Shown here piece by piece: positions 48,323 to 59,195 of a stretch of DNA of 64,000 nucleotides; the first letter of the stretch is position 1; the number at the start of each line of letters is the position of its first letter. Origin of the DNA: an uncultured Bacilli bacterium (GTDB lineage Bacteria; Bacillota_I; Bacilli_A; RF39; UBA660); assembly GCA_934131175.1 (NCBI GenBank), contig CAKOZD010000004.1, positions 17,507 through 81,506 on the forward strand, in the 5' to 3' direction. The notes under the pieces are model-generated. The model ran no database searches. It was not told where the DNA came from and saw only the letters and a list, made by a program, of their open reading frames with translations. Made by a program: the position numbers and the translations under genes.

Positions 48323-48778
48323 TTAATCTTTATTGTTTTTTACTACTTCTTCATAAGTTGAAAGTACTACTTCCTCTACTTTTAATATTTCATCTGTTGT
48401 TAGAGAGGTGTTTATTAAATTATCAAACTGAGTAATTGTTGTAGAAAATTCTTGGTTATTTAAATATTTTTCTTTAATTGTAATTGAAAATCCTTTGTCC
48501 TCTAATATTTTTTTTACTTTTTTAGCAGCATCTAAATCTTTTGTTATACCTCTATAAATATAGAAATCATTATTTTTATAATCAATTACTGATGTTGTTA
48601 AATTACTTACTTTATTTTCTAATATTTCTTTATCACCAACCTTACCTTCTTCTAGAAAATAATATAGTTCTTTACTGGTTATATTTTTTATTAATTCTAG
48701 TTTACTTTTAAAAATAAAACTTCCTAATATATAGCCTATTATTACATACACTACTCCCCTTATGAGGACTTTTTTCAT
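48323..48778 (-). CDS. Hypothetical membrane-anchored protein
   Basis: 151 aa with an N-terminal TM helix. Confidence 0.35.
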   Translation of the reverse strand: MKKVLIRGVVYVIIGYILGSFIFKSKLELIKNITSKELYYFLEEGKVGDKEILENKVSNLTTSVIDYKNNDFYIYRGITKDLDAAKKVKKILEDKGFSITIKEKYLNNQEFSTTITQFDNLINTSLTTDEILKVEEVVLSTYEEVVKNNKD

Positions 48779-48852
48779 AATATCACCAGTTTTACTATAT
48801 CAAGATTGTTTGTTATAATTTGTCAAAAAAAATACATTCATTGAAGAATGTA

Positions 48853-51033
48853 CTATTTTTTACTTTTTGTTTGTAAATATGTTGCGACTATTATTATTCC
48901 AAGTCCTACTATTAGTAAGTATAACCAAGCAGGAATAGATGACCAAATATCTCTTAATTGAACTAATATATTTATTATTGTTAATATTATTCCAAAAATA
49001 AATAATTTATTAAAATCATTATTTTTATAACCAATGATTATTAGAGAAAGAGAAATTAGTCCTACATAAATTAAAATAGTTAATTTATTTAAGAAAAATA
49101 TTCCCGTCATAGTTAATGATATTAATACACCTATAATAATTGTTAGTACTTTAGATGATGATTCTTTACATAAAAATTCTTGTATTAAATAAGTTATATA
49201 AAGTATTAAAATACTTGTTGAAATAGTTGATACTTCTATACTTAAATCTTTTAAATATATTAATTTAAGTATTGGGAGTATTATAAAGAAGTAGCTTGCT
49301 ATTTTCATTTTTCTTTCTCTACTAACAATTATAATTACTATTAAAATCCAAATAAATAATAGTGTTGGTAAATATGGATTATCTATTAGTAGTCCTTGAC
49401 AACATATTGGTATAAATATACTAATTAAGAAAGTTATATATATTGGTAGTTTTGGATATTTTTCTTTATAAGTGACACTTATTGCTAGTAAGACGCTGTT
49501 TATTAAAATTAATATTACTGCACTTATTAGGCTTTCATCTATAATATTTGTAATTATTGATAGCATTATAAGTATACATGAATAACTAGAGTATGTTTTT
49601 TTGTTATTTGTAATTATTGATAGTAAAGTGTAAATTGCACTTATTATTATAAACATAGTTAAAACTGTTATGTTTTTTGATGTTATTTCTTCTATTATTC
49701 CTATTAAAGATAATACTCCCATAAATATTAATGGTGGATTAACTGAATTTTCAAATGGTAATTTAGAAATACTTAAAATGTTATTTTTACTTAGTATATT
49801 TAAAAGAACTATTACTAATGGAATTATTATTGCTTGAAATGGTTCATTAAATACTTTTATGTAGCAAGATAATGATAATATTAAATATACTATATATGAT
49901 ATATTTTTACTTCTTTCATCTGTTGTGAAGAAATCAACTTCTATTAATATAATATAAAGTGTTAGACAAATATATTTTATTATTTCTGGTAAGTTAGTTA
50001 TATTTAGTCCTATATTTATTAAAATAAAAATAATTAATAGATTAACATATCCTAATTTTTCATATTTCTTTACTAAATATGTCATATTTATAATATTAAT
50101 TATAGAACATATTAATAGAGATATCTCATTTATTTCTGAATTATTAAATTTAATAATATAAGCAATTATTATGTATGATGATAATTTACTTATAAAGTTT
50201 AGTACTGAGTCTTCTTTTGTTACTATATTCATAAAGAATATTAGCATTGATATTAGAGTTATTATTGTAATTATATCTAGTGTTAAAAAACTTAGAATAT
50301 TATAAATAGAAATTAATACTGAAATAAATGATATTTGTAGTAAGTAACTTTTGTTATATTTTAAATATGTTATATATGTAAATATTCCAATTAGTAAGTA
50401 TGTTATAAAATAAGAAATATGAGAACCATTTCCTCTATATGTTAGAAAACTACCAAATATACCAAAATATTGTAATCCAACTATTGTTAATACTAAGAAA
50501 GCAAGTCCTAGTATCCAATAGATATAAGATGTTTTATATAATTTTAGTTTTAATTCTGTAAATACTGATAAGCCTAAAAATATAATTGATAGAATTATTA
50601 AAAGACATATTTTTAACATATCTGGTATTATTTGCCATGATGTTGTTGCGAATAATATACCTGATATTAAAACCATTCCTACTCCTAATTTTAGAAGTAA
50701 GTCTATTTTTTTAGATTCTTCATCTTCTTTTATTGGAGGAGCATTTATTCCATTTACTTTTCTTTCGTATTCTGAAAGTTTTGAGCAAAAGACAAATATT
50801 AATATTGATGAAATAAATAGAAATGGTATATTAATAATTCCTGCTATTATTAATAATCTTTTATTATTAATTAAATCTAGTCCTTTTAAAAATGATACTG
50901 ATAGACAAATTATGCCTATTATTAAAACTGTTAAACCATAAATGTAGTGTTCACTTACTAGTCCTAGAGTTCCTGCTAATAAGTTTAATGCTCCTGCTAC
51001 TTGAATGGTTGATTTTTCTTTTTCTATACTCAT
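48853..51033 (-). CDS. Large polytopic integral membrane protein of unknown function (about 20 predicted TM helices)
   Basis: 726 aa, almost entirely hydrophobic helices. No recognisable transporter motif. Confidence 0.55.
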   Translation of the reverse strand: MSIEKEKSTIQVAGALNLLAGTLGLVSEHYIYGLTVLIIGIICLSVSFLKGLDLINNKRLLIIAGIINIPFLFISSILIFVFCSKLSEYERKVNGINAPPIKEDEESKKIDLLLKLGVGMVLISGILFATTSWQIIPDMLKICLLIILSIIFLGLSVFTELKLKLYKTSYIYWILGLAFLVLTIVGLQYFGIFGSFLTYRGNGSHISYFITYLLIGIFTYITYLKYNKSYLLQISFISVLISIYNILSFLTLDIITIITLISMLIFFMNIVTKEDSVLNFISKLSSYIIIAYIIKFNNSEINEISLLICSIINIINMTYLVKKYEKLGYVNLLIIFILINIGLNITNLPEIIKYICLTLYIILIEVDFFTTDERSKNISYIVYLILSLSCYIKVFNEPFQAIIIPLVIVLLNILSKNNILSISKLPFENSVNPPLIFMGVLSLIGIIEEITSKNITVLTMFIIISAIYTLLSIITNNKKTYSSYSCILIMLSIITNIIDESLISAVILILINSVLLAISVTYKEKYPKLPIYITFLISIFIPICCQGLLIDNPYLPTLLFIWILIVIIIVSRERKMKIASYFFIILPILKLIYLKDLSIEVSTISTSILILYITYLIQEFLCKESSSKVLTIIIGVLISLTMTGIFFLNKLTILIYVGLISLSLIIIGYKNNDFNKLFIFGIILTIINILVQLRDIWSSIPAWLYLLIVGLGIIIVATYLQTKSKK

Positions 51034-51085
51034 ACAATTACCTCTTTATTATATTATAAAGTGTATTTTAGTAATTGTCTATTGC

Positions 51086-52465
51086 CTATTTTCTTAATTG
51101 TTTTACAGATTTTTTAGTTTTAACTTCTACTCCATCCATGTTTTCTAATACTTGTGTAGGAGATACTATTTTTCCATTTACAATAATGTTTTCTATATAG
51201 TCAGTAAGTTCTGGATGTGTTTCATAAACAAAGTCCATAGCAGTTGCTCCTGCTGGTAATTCAACTATTTCTCCTCCATCGTAAACATAAACATGTTCAG
51301 TTAAAAGTTTCTTTTTTGCTTTAGAAATAAAGTCTGAATCTGATTTTGATGTTTTATCAATTTGCATTAAATCTCTTACAAACGGAATACTTTCTCTTAT
51401 AAACTTTTGCGTTTCTTTTTGAGTCATTCCATTTTTTATATTCCATAAAGCAGGTACTCCATAAGCTGTTACTTTATCCATATCATAAGTTCTTATCTTT
51501 ACTTTTGTTGGTTTATCATCTACTGCAACTGTTGTGTGAAGAGATTTATATAAATTTGTTCTTGGATTTGAAATATAATCTTTTAATCTTCCATTTATAT
51601 GAGGATATTCTCCATGAACTAATCCTAGTGTTCTATAGCAGTCATCTATTTCTTCTACTAATATTTTTAAATAAAATAAATCATAAATATTTTCTAATTT
51701 ATAACCTTGTAATATTTTTTTATAAGTTGTACAAATATTTTTTGTTCTTAGTAGAATATCATTAGGAATATTTTTTTGTTTTAGAATTTCTGATATTTTA
51801 TATTTCATTTCTTCTAAATACCCCTTTTTTTGCTCTTCTAATTTTTTCTTTTCTTCTGTTATTTTCTTGAAGTCATCAGGTTCAATATACATAAGGGATA
51901 GATCTTCTAATTCACTTTTTATTTGATAGGCTCCGATTGATAATGCAAGTGGAACAAACAATTCCATTGTCTCAATTGCGTTTTCTTGTTGTTTTTCTGG
52001 TCTCTTAAAGCCAAGTGTTTCCATATTGTGCTTTCTATCTGCTAGTTTTATAAGAATAATTCTTACATCTTTAGAAAGTCCATTTGTTATTTTTCTTGTA
52101 TTTGCTAGTCTTTGAGACTCCTTTGTTACAAAGTTTATTCTTCTCATCTTAGTAACTCCGTCTACTAGTTCTGCAACATCTTCATTTATTATTCTTTTAA
52201 TATCTTCTTTTGAAAAATCATCTTTTGCATCTTCTATGGTGTCATGTAAAAGTGCTGCACATATTGCATCGGTGTCATAAACTTCCATATCAAGTAAGTT
52301 TTTCGCAACATTTAATGGATGGGTTATATAAGGCTCTCCACTTTGACGGTATTGGTCCTTATGTATTTCGCTTGCTAATAAAAAAGATTTGTTTACCTCC
52401 TCTATTTTTTCATCACTTACTCCGTGTTCTTTTAATGTTTTAATAATATTTTCAATAGTAATCAT
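51086..52465 (-). CDS. Short RelA/SpoT-family (p)ppGpp synthetase/hydrolase (HD + synthetase + TGS, no C-terminal ACT/RRM region)
   Basis: HD motifs HPLNVAKNL...LLHDTIEDA and RIILIKLADRKHNMETLG. Synthetase motifs DYISNPRTNLYKSLHTTV and KVKIRTYDMDKVTAYG. TGS-like C-terminus VYVYDGGEIVELPAGATAMDFVYETHP. Start at MITIEN after a gggagg SD. Confidence 0.8.
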   Translation of the reverse strand: MITIENIIKTLKEHGVSDEKIEEVNKSFLLASEIHKDQYRQSGEPYITHPLNVAKNLLDMEVYDTDAICAALLHDTIEDAKDDFSKEDIKRIINEDVAELVDGVTKMRRINFVTKESQRLANTRKITNGLSKDVRIILIKLADRKHNMETLGFKRPEKQQENAIETMELFVPLALSIGAYQIKSELEDLSLMYIEPDDFKKITEEKKKLEEQKKGYLEEMKYKISEILKQKNIPNDILLRTKNICTTYKKILQGYKLENIYDLFYLKILVEEIDDCYRTLGLVHGEYPHINGRLKDYISNPRTNLYKSLHTTVAVDDKPTKVKIRTYDMDKVTAYGVPALWNIKNGMTQKETQKFIRESIPFVRDLMQIDKTSKSDSDFISKAKKKLLTEHVYVYDGGEIVELPAGATAMDFVYETHPELTDYIENIIVNGKIVSPTQVLENMDGVEVKTKKSVKQLRK

Positions 52466-52482
52466 AATTTTAACCTCCCTTT

Positions 52483-52516
52483 TAAACAAAAAACGACTCA
52501 ATGCTTTTGAATCGTT
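52483..52516 (-). promoter_or_regulatory. Hairpin + U-tract immediately upstream of the rel RBS (possible leader attenuator or insulator terminator)
   Basis: Minus strand reads aacgattcaaaagcattgagtcgtt, then ttttttg, then about 10 nt later the rel SD. Confidence 0.4.
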
Positions 52517-52767
52517 TCCCAGAAAGTGCATGAATTTAGAAAAGATTTATTTAAATTTGCTACAATATTTATACTTTTCATAAAATCACCTCTTTTTGTG
52601 TTGATAATACTTATATCAAATTTAGAAATTAAAGTCAATGAGATAATCTATAATTTTTTGTTATATTTATATAAGTTATTTTTATTATGTATGTTTTTGT
52701 AAAGTGTTTTTTCTTTAATTTACTGGTAAAATTATGCGTGATATAATAATTTTGGAGGATAAATAAT

Positions 52768-53370
52768 ATGGCAATGATGAAAAATTATGAAGTAACATCT
52801 GGTGGTGGTCCTACCTTTAATAAACCTGCTTGTAGTGTTTCATATCCTTATAGTAGTGACACTAAAAATGCCGCTGATATTTCTAGTGTATGGGATTATA
52901 TAGATGGTATTTTATCAAATATTAGTTCTCTTTCTAATGATTTTGAAAGTATTAAAAGTAAAATTAAGAGTTTAGAAGACAACTGGAATAATTGTATTAT
53001 AATGAATGGAACTGGTACTGAGTATGTTTATGTCGATGATATAAATAGTGATATAACTAACTTTTCTTCTAAATGTGAAAGTGGTAAAGGTGAAGTTGAT
53101 GGAATATTTAGTGAATTTAGTGAAACAATAACTGAGATTAATGAGTATATGGATTTATTAAAAGAAAATTATCAATCTTATAAAAATCTTCAAAATAATC
53201 TTATTAGTGCATCATCTGAATTATCTGCTTTATCCATTTCTAATAATAATTCGATAAGTGCAACTAGAATAAGTGCTTTGAATTCAACTATTGCTAGTTT
53301 AAAGAATAAGATGAAAGATTACCAAGAAATTACTAGTATTGATTCATGTGGAAAGTGGGTTGAAAAATAA
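52768..53370 (+). CDS. Hypothetical helical protein (200 aa), first gene of a plus-strand islet
   Basis: Strong ggagg SD. S/N-rich sequence with coiled-coil character. No signal peptide. Confidence 0.5.
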   Translation: MAMMKNYEVTSGGGPTFNKPACSVSYPYSSDTKNAADISSVWDYIDGILSNISSLSNDFESIKSKIKSLEDNWNNCIIMNGTGTEYVYVDDINSDITNFSSKCESGKGEVDGIFSEFSETITEINEYMDLLKENYQSYKNLQNNLISASSELSALSISNNNSISATRISALNSTIASLKNKMKDYQEITSIDSCGKWVEK

Positions 53371-54692
53371 TGGCTGATAGTTTTAGTGTTAGTTATGATG
53401 AGAAGTTATATACTGCAGGAGAAAATGATTATAATAATATTAAAAGTTCACTTTCTACTATGATGGCTGATGTTAAAAATTACACTGATAAACTAAAAGA
53501 AATTGAAGGCTTTACTCCTTCTATTGTTTATGGTGGCGTATTACAAGATATGGTTGAAGGGATGAGTACTGCTTTAAGTAATTTAAGTGAAAAACTTGAA
53601 GTTAGTAGTACTATTGTTTCTAGAGCAAAACATATTGTTGAATTATATAATAATTCTGATTCTGATATGTCTGCTGATGTATGTAAATTTTTATTAGATA
53701 ATTTGAAAATGACTTATAAAAATAGTTTTGATTCTAATTTTAAAAATGGTACTGCATTAAAAACAGATCTTTATTATCAAGCAATTTTTGATAATGATTT
53801 CACCCCTCAAGGTATAACAATTGTCGGGAATAAAGTTATAATTTCTGCTTATAAAAAAGATGAATATTCAAGACTTTATATTTTTAATCCAGATAATAAT
53901 AGTTACTATATTGTTGGTCTTGATAATAAATCTCATGTTGGTGGAGTTAGTTATGATGAAGTAAATCATGTTTTATTAGTAACTGGTAGTAATGGTGCAG
54001 TAAATGCATATAACTATGATGCCATGGAGTCAATTGCTAGTAAGAGTACAAGTGAAAGTTATAATGGTAAAACTGTTATTTTAAATTTAGCGAATAATGC
54101 TGGTACAAAACAAAAAATAAAATTAGATTCTAATATTAATATGAATTATGAAAAAATGGCAAATGGAAATAAATTAACTGGTTATAATGCTGGGTCTGTT
54201 TATGTTGATACCAAGTCTAACCAAATATTTATTAATAGATTTGCAAAAGATGGAAAACTAGTTTATGGTGATTTAGTTTATGATAAAGATAAAGGAACAT
54301 ATACTATGAAGAATCCAAAGTCTATGGATATAGATAATGGGGTTCAAGGAGTTGCAACTTACCATAAAGATGGAAATACATATTTGGTAGAATCAAGGTC
54401 TTACGCTGGAACTAGTTCTCAAATAACTGTTAGAAATATTACTAATGGTAAAAATATTCTTGTTGGTACTAAAAAGTTCGATAATAAATATATGGAAAGT
54501 ATTCATGTAGACGAAAATGGAATTGGAACAGCAGTTTATGAAAATGGTACATTTAATCCATTTAATAAAAATGATTCTACAAGGTCATTTGATGTTAATG
54601 AGATAATTAAAGAAAATAATAAAGAAAGTGGAAATGTTATTATTATAACTAATAAATTTGAAAAAGGTGAACCTAATAAAGAAGGTTATTAA
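53370..54692 (+). CDS. Hypothetical 440-aa protein (helical N-terminal region plus a beta-rich C-terminal domain)
   Basis: Start overlaps the upstream stop (taATGg). No signal peptide. No recognised catalytic motif. Confidence 0.5.
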   Translation: MADSFSVSYDEKLYTAGENDYNNIKSSLSTMMADVKNYTDKLKEIEGFTPSIVYGGVLQDMVEGMSTALSNLSEKLEVSSTIVSRAKHIVELYNNSDSDMSADVCKFLLDNLKMTYKNSFDSNFKNGTALKTDLYYQAIFDNDFTPQGITIVGNKVIISAYKKDEYSRLYIFNPDNNSYYIVGLDNKSHVGGVSYDEVNHVLLVTGSNGAVNAYNYDAMESIASKSTSESYNGKTVILNLANNAGTKQKIKLDSNINMNYEKMANGNKLTGYNAGSVYVDTKSNQIFINRFAKDGKLVYGDLVYDKDKGTYTMKNPKSMDIDNGVQGVATYHKDGNTYLVESRSYAGTSSQITVRNITNGKNILVGTKKFDNKYMESIHVDENGIGTAVYENGTFNPFNKNDSTRSFDVNEIIKENNKESGNVIIITNKFEKGEPNKEGY

Positions 54693-54706
54693 GTTGGAGG
54701 AAAACT

Positions 54707-55258
54707 ATGAGAATAAGTAATTTTAAAAATTATGTCGATTGGAAAAATATTAAGAAAAAGTTTGCTTTAGTTGCTATTTCTGTTGCTATTGGTTCTATGG
54801 CCACTGGATGTAATCAGAATATAAATAGTCAAGATGTAAATAATAATAGTATTTATCAACAATTAAATGAAGAAAAATTAGATTCTAACACAACTGATAT
54901 AAATGATCGTGCTGATTATTATGAGAAGTATGTGGATGATAAAATAGATAAAATGTCTGAATCTGAAAAACTTAATTATTATGTAAATATTAAAGTAAAT
55001 TATAGTGGCAGAGAAAATTATAGTGGTGATGATATAATTTTTTTAAGAAATGACAATGTATATGAAGGAGATTTATATGATGGTGATGACTCTATTGGAC
55101 TACCTCCTGGTATATATAGAGTTATTTCTGAAAAAGTTGATGGACATCAAAGTAATTTTGGAGAAATTAGTATACTTACACCTGGAGAAGATGTTACTTT
55201 GAATGTTGATTATAATTCTTATAAAGCAAGTATTTCTAGTGATGAAAAGACAAAATAA
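54707..55258 (+). CDS. Putative lipoprotein
   Basis: ggagg SD. Signal peptide with a lipobox, ...AISVAIGSMATGC. D/Y/E-rich mature part. Confidence 0.55.
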   Translation: MRISNFKNYVDWKNIKKKFALVAISVAIGSMATGCNQNINSQDVNNNSIYQQLNEEKLDSNTTDINDRADYYEKYVDDKIDKMSESEKLNYYVNIKVNYSGRENYSGDDIIFLRNDNVYEGDLYDGDDSIGLPPGIYRVISEKVDGHQSNFGEISILTPGEDVTLNVDYNSYKASISSDEKTK

Positions 55259-55290
55259 AATATTGGAGTTGGTCCAATATTTTTTATTTT
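55257..55290. terminator. Bidirectional terminator between convergent genes
   Basis: aatattgg-agttggt-ccaatatt hairpin flanked by A/T runs. Confidence 0.55.
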
Positions 55291-55781
55291 ATATCTTTTA
55301 TGATAGTACCTTTTTTTACAATAGTTAATGTTGATTTACTAGGTATAAGAATATAACTGTCTCCTTCATTTCCATTTATATCTTTGTATGATTCTATTTC
55401 TACTGTAACTTTTTGATCATTATCAGTTTGACTAAGTACTGTATAATATGAATTATAATAACCATTTCTTTCATATACTTTTACTTCTTCACGATTAATT
55501 CTAACTGTTGGAATTTGTTTTAATTCTTTACTTACTTTAAACATCAAAGTAATAGTATTACCCTCTTCAGCATAATTTTCATTATAAATATTATCAGATT
55601 TTAATGTTACTTCTGTAATTTCTGGAGAAGTTTTGTCATTACTTGAATCTTTTGAGAATTTGTCAAACATAGATGTATTTTTATATAAAAAGAAAAGAAG
55701 AAATGCGATAAATAAAATTAATACAATTATAACTATAATATTAATAATGAGATTTTTTTTAGGATTAATTGTTTTAAACAT
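55284..55781 (-). CDS. Membrane-anchored hypothetical protein
   Basis: N-terminal TM helix, then an extracytoplasmic beta-rich domain. Confidence 0.4.
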   Translation of the reverse strand: MFKTINPKKNLIINIIVIIVLILFIAFLLFFLYKNTSMFDKFSKDSSNDKTSPEITEVTLKSDNIYNENYAEEGNTITLMFKVSKELKQIPTVRINREEVKVYERNGYYNSYYTVLSQTDNDQKVTVEIESYKDINGNEGDSYILIPSKSTLTIVKKGTIIKDIK

Positions 55782-55843
55782 AATATCTACCTTCTTATAT
55801 ATTTATGTTATCATTTTTATAGATTCTATACAAGAATGTTAAT

Positions 55844-58800
55844 TTATTTATTTAGTTTTATGTATTTTTTTACAAAGTCTGTATCTATTTTTGACATTGA
55901 TTCTTCTAATATTATCGGAAGATTTAAGTCATAGGCTTCATTTAAAAGTATCAGTTGAGCAAGACTTATTGACTCATATTTTCTTGCTAGTAAACTATCA
56001 AAATGTTCTTTGGTAATTATATCTTTTACTTGATACTCTCCACTATTTCCTGTTCCTCTTATTGGGTAACTTGTGTATCTAAAGTCATTTATTATTTCTT
56101 GTGGTAATATCAATTTTGTATCGTCAAATATTTGCATATTGTCATCTAAAATTATCGTTCCTGTTCTTTTGTAACTTTCATACACACTAGATGCAACTTT
56201 CGCAATACAAATGTAATGTGAACCATTTGTCCCAGCTCCACCTTGGTGATTACCATAATTTGAAGATGTAATTGCTCCATCTCTAAATACTGAATTTAAG
56301 TTTTCCATAGAACCTGTTGTATGAGAATAGTATGTATTAGGTATTTTATAATCGTGATTATTCAGAGTTTTTAAGTATTCCTCTATTTCTTGTTTATTAA
56401 TAGAGATGTTTCTTCTATCTAAAATATTTTCTATTTTATACTTTGGAATATAAATACTTTTTTTATTTTCTTTTATTTTTTCTTTTTCTTTTACATATTT
56501 TTTAGCCTCAGAAAATAATCTTTTATCGTTATCATTATAGAAAAAGTCAAAGCTATTATCTTTTTTTCTTCCTATAAACCAATCTTCTCCAATATAACCT
56601 GATTTATATTTATTTTCTAAGTAATGATATTTTATACTATTTTGCAAGCAATAATCATAGTATATAGAGTTTATTCTTTCTTCTAAAGTATCTTCATCTA
56701 TATCTTTAAATTCTTGTACTTTAGGTCTTTCATATAAATATATTGGCTCTACGTCATCTGTATCTAATTTATCACTATACTCTCCATATAATATTACTTG
56801 ATTTTCACTAGAATCTTTTAGATAAAGTTCTTCTTTGCTACTTGGTTTAAACATATTATTACTTAGACTTTTCAAAGGTTTTAGATTGTCTATATATTTA
56901 TTTTTTATATCTATTGGGTTTCTTCCTATAAGTACTAATTTTATTCCTTTATTTTTTTCTTGACGAGTTATTTCTGTTATTGTTTTAGCTGCTTGTAAGT
57001 ATATTTCATATATTGCTAATTCAGGGTCTTTTACTTTTTCTATTTCTTCTGTTAACTCAATATTGTCAAAGCAAAGTACGTCTCCACATCTCCATACCCA
57101 GCTATAAGCAACTATTTTTCCATTTCTTGTAATTTTAAAGAATCTTCCATTAGGATTTATTGCTCCATGGCGAAGACAAGTTTGTGCCTTACCATTTGGA
57201 GTTAGACAACTTGATGCTTTTTTATTATCAGGCAATAGATATTTTCCAATACCATTAGATATTATTTCTTTATCATGTAAATCAACTAATTGATAGTCTA
57301 AGTTATTATATTTACCACGACAATCTGGAATAGATGATTTTAGTCTTTTTCGATATTCTTCATAAAGTTTTATTCCATTTAATTTTTCTAAGAAAGGTTC
57401 TCCTTTTGCAACATAGTTTAATCTTTCTAGGTTTTCTTCAATGTGAACATTATATGGAACAAGTAATTTCTTTATTGATTTGATTACTTTATTAATATTA
57501 TTTAAAGTAGGCTTTTTCCCACTTACTAGTATTTTTTCAAATACAGAGATATAAGTTTCTAGTGAATAGTCTTCTAATATTTTATTCTTGTCTTCTTCTT
57601 TTAAATTTAGAATTAATTCTTTAAATGCTATATAAAAAGTATCAGACTTACCTTTTATATTATCAATTATTCCTTTCCAAGTATTAATATTATATTTTAT
57701 AAGTTTTACTGTTGCATCATAATCTAATAAATCTAAGGAAATTAATATGTATTCGTCAAGTTTATTATTTACTGATTTATCTATTAGCATGTGAGTATAA
57801 GACTTTAGAGCCTCATCAATGAAAATTTTTTTATTAGATTTTTCAATCACAATATTATTTACTATTTCTTTTATATTTCTATATTGCTTTACACTATACT
57901 TTTCTATACTATTTATATTTACCATTTCTGGATATTGTAATAAGTCATTTGTTTTATAATTATGGATTAAATTTTTTCTGTTTTTTATGTCTAATATTTT
58001 ATATATATTTTTATTTTGAATACCTCTTCTAAATATTCTTTCTAAATATTCTAAATCTTTATTTGTTAAAGTATCCTCATACTCTTTTAGAAATTCTTGT
58101 AAAAATAATTTAAAGCATAATAAAAACAAATAATTTTTCTTATTGTCATTATATGTTTCTTCTGATAAATGATTTATTGCGATTAAGTACTCATAACAAT
58201 AAATTGTATCTATTTTGTTTACATTTATTTTTTCTATATTAAAATTAGTTATATTATTTTCTTCTAGAAATTTTAAAAATGAATCTTGAAATGGTTTTAT
58301 CTTTTTAGGAGAGTCTTTAAAAGTAGGTTCTTCTTTTGTAATGATTTTTTTAAATATTTCTTTATTCTTAAGCAGTTTAATCCAAGTAGCTTTTGTTAGA
58401 CGATTTGTTAATTTTATGTTGTTTAATTCACTTGTTTTTAGTACATGTAATAAATCATCTACTTCATAGTTATTTTTTAAACAATTTTGAATTATGTTAA
58501 ATAAAGTAGCCTTATCTGTTTCAATCATTTGTCTATAATCAAATTTTTCTATCTTACCATATATATAATACTTTAAATCATCTTTAAAATATTTGTAAAA
58601 AATTTTTAATACATAGGGATTAACTTCACTCATTTTTGCTTCATAGTGCTTATCTTTATAGCGTGGTTTTACTTCCCATTCATTTATTTCCCAAATATCT
58701 GATAATTCATCAATATATCTAGATGGAACATAAAGAGTCTTTCTAATTTCTTTTCTTAATTTTTTATAGCTTCTCTTTATGATTTTTTCACATATATCAG

Positions 58801-59182
58801 GATTTTCCATATTCATACATAAATAAGCCAATTCTTCAGAAGACAATTTATCTTCGTATAATGTAAATATTTTATTAAAATAATTTTTTATTATATCTTC
58901 TTTAGTTATTCCATTAAAGCCCATTTTTATTCTATTTTTAATAGGTGAAAATTTATGTCTTTCTATATTAGTTTTTAAGTCAATAAAATAAAGAATATCT
59001 AAAAGTATTAATCTTATTCTTTCTGATGATAAGTCTGGTTTTTCATTAATTATTCTATCTAATTTATCAAGATATTTCTTATCTGGAACGTCTGTTTCTG
59101 AATATAATGTTGTTAGATAGTCTACAAACATCCCTTCTCTTTCAAATAGTCTTTCATCAAACATGTCTAGCAAAGATAACAC
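55844..59182 (-). CDS. Large (1112 aa) soluble protein of unknown function
   Basis: Long uninterrupted ORF with no TM helix. No P-loop, HExxH or other motif I can assign. The C-terminal region is Gly/Ser-rich (NYGNHQGGAGTNGSHY). Confidence 0.55.
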   Translation of the reverse strand: MLSLLDMFDERLFEREGMFVDYLTTLYSETDVPDKKYLDKLDRIINEKPDLSSERIRLILLDILYFIDLKTNIERHKFSPIKNRIKMGFNGITKEDIIKNYFNKIFTLYEDKLSSEELAYLCMNMENPDICEKIIKRSYKKLRKEIRKTLYVPSRYIDELSDIWEINEWEVKPRYKDKHYEAKMSEVNPYVLKIFYKYFKDDLKYYIYGKIEKFDYRQMIETDKATLFNIIQNCLKNNYEVDDLLHVLKTSELNNIKLTNRLTKATWIKLLKNKEIFKKIITKEEPTFKDSPKKIKPFQDSFLKFLEENNITNFNIEKINVNKIDTIYCYEYLIAINHLSEETYNDNKKNYLFLLCFKLFLQEFLKEYEDTLTNKDLEYLERIFRRGIQNKNIYKILDIKNRKNLIHNYKTNDLLQYPEMVNINSIEKYSVKQYRNIKEIVNNIVIEKSNKKIFIDEALKSYTHMLIDKSVNNKLDEYILISLDLLDYDATVKLIKYNINTWKGIIDNIKGKSDTFYIAFKELILNLKEEDKNKILEDYSLETYISVFEKILVSGKKPTLNNINKVIKSIKKLLVPYNVHIEENLERLNYVAKGEPFLEKLNGIKLYEEYRKRLKSSIPDCRGKYNNLDYQLVDLHDKEIISNGIGKYLLPDNKKASSCLTPNGKAQTCLRHGAINPNGRFFKITRNGKIVAYSWVWRCGDVLCFDNIELTEEIEKVKDPELAIYEIYLQAAKTITEITRQEKNKGIKLVLIGRNPIDIKNKYIDNLKPLKSLSNNMFKPSSKEELYLKDSSENQVILYGEYSDKLDTDDVEPIYLYERPKVQEFKDIDEDTLEERINSIYYDYCLQNSIKYHYLENKYKSGYIGEDWFIGRKKDNSFDFFYNDNDKRLFSEAKKYVKEKEKIKENKKSIYIPKYKIENILDRRNISINKQEIEEYLKTLNNHDYKIPNTYYSHTTGSMENLNSVFRDGAITSSNYGNHQGGAGTNGSHYICIAKVASSVYESYKRTGTIILDDNMQIFDDTKLILPQEIINDFRYTSYPIRGTGNSGEYQVKDIITKEHFDSLLARKYESISLAQLILLNEAYDLNLPIILEESMSKIDTDFVKKYIKLNK

Positions 59183-59195
59183 CCCCTTAGCTATA

